Shown here: piece by piece, positions 49,004-52,236 of the stretch | Layout: the number at the start of each line of letters is the position of its first letter | Position numbering within the stretch: the stretch's first letter is position 1 | DNA from: an uncultured Pseudomonadota bacterium | GTDB lineage: Bacteria > Oederibacteriota > Muellerivitia > Muellerivitales > Muellerivitaceae | Length of the DNA: 52,236 bases | Direction: 5' to 3' | NCBI GenBank assembly: GCA_963836235.1 | Contig: CAWIIP010000003.1 | Location: forward strand, 1-52,236 | Position numbers and translations under genes: made by a program | Notes under the pieces: generated by a model | Databases searched by the model: none | Seen by the model: the letters and a program-made list of their open reading frames with translations, nothing else | Told to the model about the DNA's origin: nothing

Positions 49004-49393
49004 TCAAGCTCCAGTAGGAACTTTCGATTCCAGGATTTCGCTGACCTTCTTTTTTAACACCTCCATGTTAACCGGTTTGGCGAAAAATCCGTCAATGTTG
49101 AAAGATTGTAGAATAAAATCCACTTCCATGCCCTTGAAGGCGGAAACAACGAGAATGGGTAATTTCGGATGATCGGCCCGGACCATGGGAATCATTTCTG
49201 TCGCGTGCATACCCGGCATCTTGACGTCGGTCAGCAACAAATCCACTTGCCTATCCTCCAACGTTCCCAAGACTTGCAAGCCATTTTCGGCTATCAAAAC
49301 CTGATAACCGGCCTCTTCCAGTTCCTCGGTGTAAAGAAACCGCGAGGCTGCCTCGTCTTCCGCTAGAAGAATGGTGAATTTTTTCGTTCCCAT
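49004..49393 (-). CDS. Single-domain response regulator
   Basis: ILLAEDE, LLLTDVKMP, VVSA, FAKP. Confidence 0.9.
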   Translation of the reverse strand: MGTKKFTILLAEDEAASRFLYTEELEEAGYQVLIAENGLQVLGTLEDRQVDLLLTDVKMPGMHATEMIPMVRADHPKLPILVVSAFKGMEVDFILQSFNIDGFFAKPVNMEVLKKKVSEILESKVPTGA

Positions 49394-49407
49394 AAGATCC
49401 TCCTCAG

Positions 49408-51204
49408 TTATTTTTCTTCCTCAAGCGGAAGATAAATCGTAAAAATGCTCCCCTTCCCCACCACGCTATCGACATCCAAGCTTCCACCATGAGCCGCGAC
49501 GATTTTATGGCAGATGCTCAAACCCAAACCCGTTCCGGTGACCTTCGTGGTGAAAAAGGGGTGAAACAACTTTCCCAAGTTTTCCTTGGGAATACCGCAA
49601 CCAGTGTCTTCCACCGCAATAGCGACCATCTTTTGCTGCAGGAACAGTCGCTCATAGATCGCGGCGTCTGTTTTCGCGCCCGCTCCATCCGGAAGCAGTC
49701 CCTCGATGAGTTTGGTTCTTAAGGTGAGCGTTCCACCCTTGGGCATGGCCTGGATGGCGTTCAACATCAAGTTCAAAACGACCTGCCGGATCTTGGGGAC
49801 TTCAAAAGCCAGGACGGGCAAGCCTTCAGCGAAGTCTTGGTCCACTTTCACCCGGGCCTTTACCAATTTATCGTTCAGGAAAGCCACGGTCTCTTTTAAG
49901 ACCTGATCGACGTTTGACCTTTCCTTGTGGGCCTTATCCGGACGACTATATTCCAGGACATCATTGACAATGGTATCCATCCGCCGAACTTCCTCGGAGA
50001 TGATGTTCGCGTATTTTTTCAAAGCGGGTTCATGCAATTTACCGGAGAGCCTTTGCGAGAAACCCATAATGGCGTTCAGGGGGTTCTTAATCTCGTGGGC
50101 CACACCAGCGGCCATTTCCCCAAGAGCCGAAAAACGCTCGGAGCGAACCAATTGGGTTTCCATCTGGCGCAGGAGCGTCATATCCTTCAAAGTGGCAATG
50201 GCTCCGATCACCTCGCCCTTTCCGGAATGGAGCACGGAGGTTTCCAAAGCCACCGAAACTGATTCGCTGCCGGCGTTAAGCAATTCCATATGCTCCTGGA
50301 CATAGCTTTTCCCTTCGTCCAAGGTCTTTTGCAAAGTATGCGCTACCGCTTTCAGATTTTCCGGGAATTCCTCCAGACTCTTATCCGCCATTTCGGTTTC
50401 CATGCATCCTGTGATTTGTCGTGAACCGGAATTGAAAGTCCGCACCTTTCCATCCTTTTGCACAACGATAATACCCGTCTTCAAAGACGAGAGCACGCAA
50501 TGGTGGTATTCCAGAAGTGATTGAAGTTTTTTGTTCGTATCGATCAGTTTTTGGTTAGAAGTATCCGCCTGTTCGGCCAGGAACTGGTTCATGTCCGTCA
50601 GCCTCATCTTCTCATTCTGGTGTTTTTTAGTTTCCATTGCCATAAAACCGCTCATCGCAGCGGCCACAAAAAGAAAAGGAAACCGCACCATAAAAACGGT
50701 GTTGGAAAGTTCCAAATGACCCGTTGTTTTGCATTGAAGGAACCCGTAAAGGACGCAAGCCACGACAGTTACCGAGAAAACACTCTTCACATCCTGGGAA
50801 AGGGCCGAAATAAAGACTGTCGTAAAAAAAACAAGAAAAAGGTCCGTATCACCAACACCAGAAAGAATGAGCCCGACGCTGATAAACAGCGTATCCGCAA
50901 TAAAAAGGCCCGCAAGGAGGCCTTTGTTCTCGAACCATTGGGCTTTTAAGAAAATCATCCCCAAAACAGACATTATGAAAAGAGTGAGAAAAGCTTCAAC
51001 GCGAAACTGGAAAAGGACAGCATTGTTTTTTTCGTTAAAGAAGATAAGAATCAGGATTACCAAGAAATCCAGTGCCCGAAAGATGACAAGGATTTCCTTG
51101 GTGCCCAGTTGAACTTTCGGCTGAGTGAGACCGGCCAACCACAGTCTGAATCCCCGAATCTGGAAACTAGCGGGCTTGTGTATTTCGAGAAGAGTATCGT
51201 TCAT
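49408..51204 (-). CDS. Membrane sensor histidine kinase, TM-PAS-HisKA-HATPase (PilS/NtrB-like)
   Basis: About 6 TM, PAS, GEMAAGVAHEIKNPL, NLMLNA, DTGCG, FFTTK..GTGLGL; start placed at ATG 51204 because of the promoter just upstream. Confidence 0.9.
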   Translation of the reverse strand: MNDTLLEIHKPASFQIRGFRLWLAGLTQPKVQLGTKEILVIFRALDFLVILILIFFNEKNNAVLFQFRVEAFLTLFIMSVLGMIFLKAQWFENKGLLAGLFIADTLFISVGLILSGVGDTDLFLVFFTTVFISALSQDVKSVFSVTVVACVLYGFLQCKTTGHLELSNTVFMVRFPFLFVAAAMSGFMAMETKKHQNEKMRLTDMNQFLAEQADTSNQKLIDTNKKLQSLLEYHHCVLSSLKTGIIVVQKDGKVRTFNSGSRQITGCMETEMADKSLEEFPENLKAVAHTLQKTLDEGKSYVQEHMELLNAGSESVSVALETSVLHSGKGEVIGAIATLKDMTLLRQMETQLVRSERFSALGEMAAGVAHEIKNPLNAIMGFSQRLSGKLHEPALKKYANIISEEVRRMDTIVNDVLEYSRPDKAHKERSNVDQVLKETVAFLNDKLVKARVKVDQDFAEGLPVLAFEVPKIRQVVLNLMLNAIQAMPKGGTLTLRTKLIEGLLPDGAGAKTDAAIYERLFLQQKMVAIAVEDTGCGIPKENLGKLFHPFFTTKVTGTGLGLSICHKIVAAHGGSLDVDSVVGKGSIFTIYLPLEEEK

Positions 51205-51219
51205 AACAACACAGAGTAA

Positions 51220-51235
51220 AGCAACTGACGTGCCA
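51220..51235 (-). promoter_or_regulatory. Consensus sigma54 promoter TGGCACG-TCAG-TTGCT
   Basis: Exact match to TGGCACG-N4-TTGCW on the minus strand. Confidence 0.75.
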
Positions 51236-51419
51236 CTCGTCGGGATAGAATAACTTGCGAAAACAAGAACAATTTGGGTTTTACAAACCTTGTCGAAGAT
51301 CCCTTTCGACCCAACTGGGTCATTTTTACTCAAGGAGTTTAAGAATTTTCTCTTCGCTCAAAGGACGAAAATTGCTCATCTTCCCAACATGGATGATTTT
51401 AATCAACGCCTTTTAATCT

Positions 51420-52236
51420 TCAACGAGGGATTTCAAACCAAACTACCGCGAGGGGTGGTAAAGAAATTAAAATCGAATAGGAAAGGCCGTGGCAGGGGAT
51501 AGATTGGGCTTCAACTCCGCCGCCGTTTCCAAAATTGCTGCCGCCATAAAGGTGGGAATCGGTATTTAATATCTCGCCGTAGAAACCCGGTTTGGGCACG
51601 CCTACCCGGTAATCCTTTCGAATGACGGGTGAGAAATTACCCGCAACAAGTATCTGACGCCCGGTCGAAGGTGACTTGCGCAAAAAAGCCACTGCGTTAT
51701 CATCCGCGTTGTTGGCATCGATCCATTGAAATCCCGTTGGATCGACATCGGTCTCAAACAAGGCCGGATGGCCTTTATAAAGCTTGTTCAAGTCGCTGAT
51801 CAGGTTTTGCATCCGCCAATGGTCCGCCCACTGTGTGAGGTGCCAGTCCAGGCTTTGGTTATGGTTCCATTCGGAAAATTGAGCGAACTCGCAGCCCATA
51901 AAAAGCAGTTTTTTTCCGGGATGGGCCCACATGTACCCGAAAAGGGAACGCAGGTTCGCAAATTTCTGCCAACGATCCCCCGGCATTTTGTCGATAAGGG
52001 AGCATTTGCCGTGCACCACCTCGTCATGGGATATCGGTAGTACGAAATTCTCGCTCCAAGCGTAAAGAAAGCCGAAGGTCAAATTATTGTGATCGTAACG
52101 CCGGTAAATAGGATCCCGACTGAAATAATGTAGGGTATCGTGCATCCAGCCCATGTTCCACTTGAACCCGAAACCCAATCCTCCCGTATAAGTGGGACGG
52201 CTTACCCCGGGCCAAGCGGTGGATTCCTCCGCGACC
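51420..52236 (-). CDS. glgB: 1,4-alpha-glucan branching enzyme, 3' part; runs off window end
   Basis: [52 protein letters not shown]. Confidence 0.96.
   Translation of the reverse strand, partial: VAEESTAWPGVSRPTYTGGLGFGFKWNMGWMHDTLHYFSRDPIYRRYDHNNLTFGFLYAWSENFVLPISHDEVVHGKCSLIDKMPGDRWQKFANLRSLFGYMWAHPGKKLLFMGCEFAQFSEWNHNQSLDWHLTQWADHWRMQNLISDLNKLYKGHPALFETDVDPTGFQWIDANNADDNAVAFLRKSPSTGRQILVAGNFSPVIRKDYRVGVPKPGFYGEILNTDSHLYGGSNFGNGGGVEAQSIPCHGLSYSILISLPPLAVVWFEIPR

Noticed and set aside
51205-51333. 43-aa N-terminal extension of the kinase from TTG 51333
   Set aside because: Contains a consensus sigma54 promoter and has no clear RBS, so more likely non-coding

Overview
Bacterial chromosomal segment, mostly coding on the minus strand, with no integrase, transposase, phage genes or CRISPR array recognised. 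Housekeeping content: oppD/dppD-like fragment, tRNA-Leu(GAG), rsmB-fmt...def, thiS-thiG-thiE, gltB-gltD and a glgB fragment. Main points of interest: (1) a compact divergent cluster of a serine palmitoyltransferase-like gene, a bCerS/YghO-type GNAT acyltransferase and an extended SDR reductase, i.e. a probable ceramide/sphingolipid pathway, with an AUR1/IPC-synthase-like PAP2 gene about 28 kb away; (2) a secreted subtilase-kelch protein with a T9SS-type C-terminal domain next to an outer-membrane barrel; (3) a signalling block whose large 7TM/Cache/6xPAS hybrid kinase is frameshifted by an exact 61-bp tandem duplication and may start at CTG; (4) RsmB with a ~260-aa Arg/Pro/Gly repeat extension; (5) two sigma54-type promoters, one followed by a leader terminator upstream of gltB; (6) several apparent pseudo-enzymes. 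All calls come from reading motifs by eye; no database search was run. The organism is diderm; its lineage is not determinable here (the Thr/Pro-linker plus YPNP-CTD style suggests an uncultured lineage such as FCPU426, which is only an impression).
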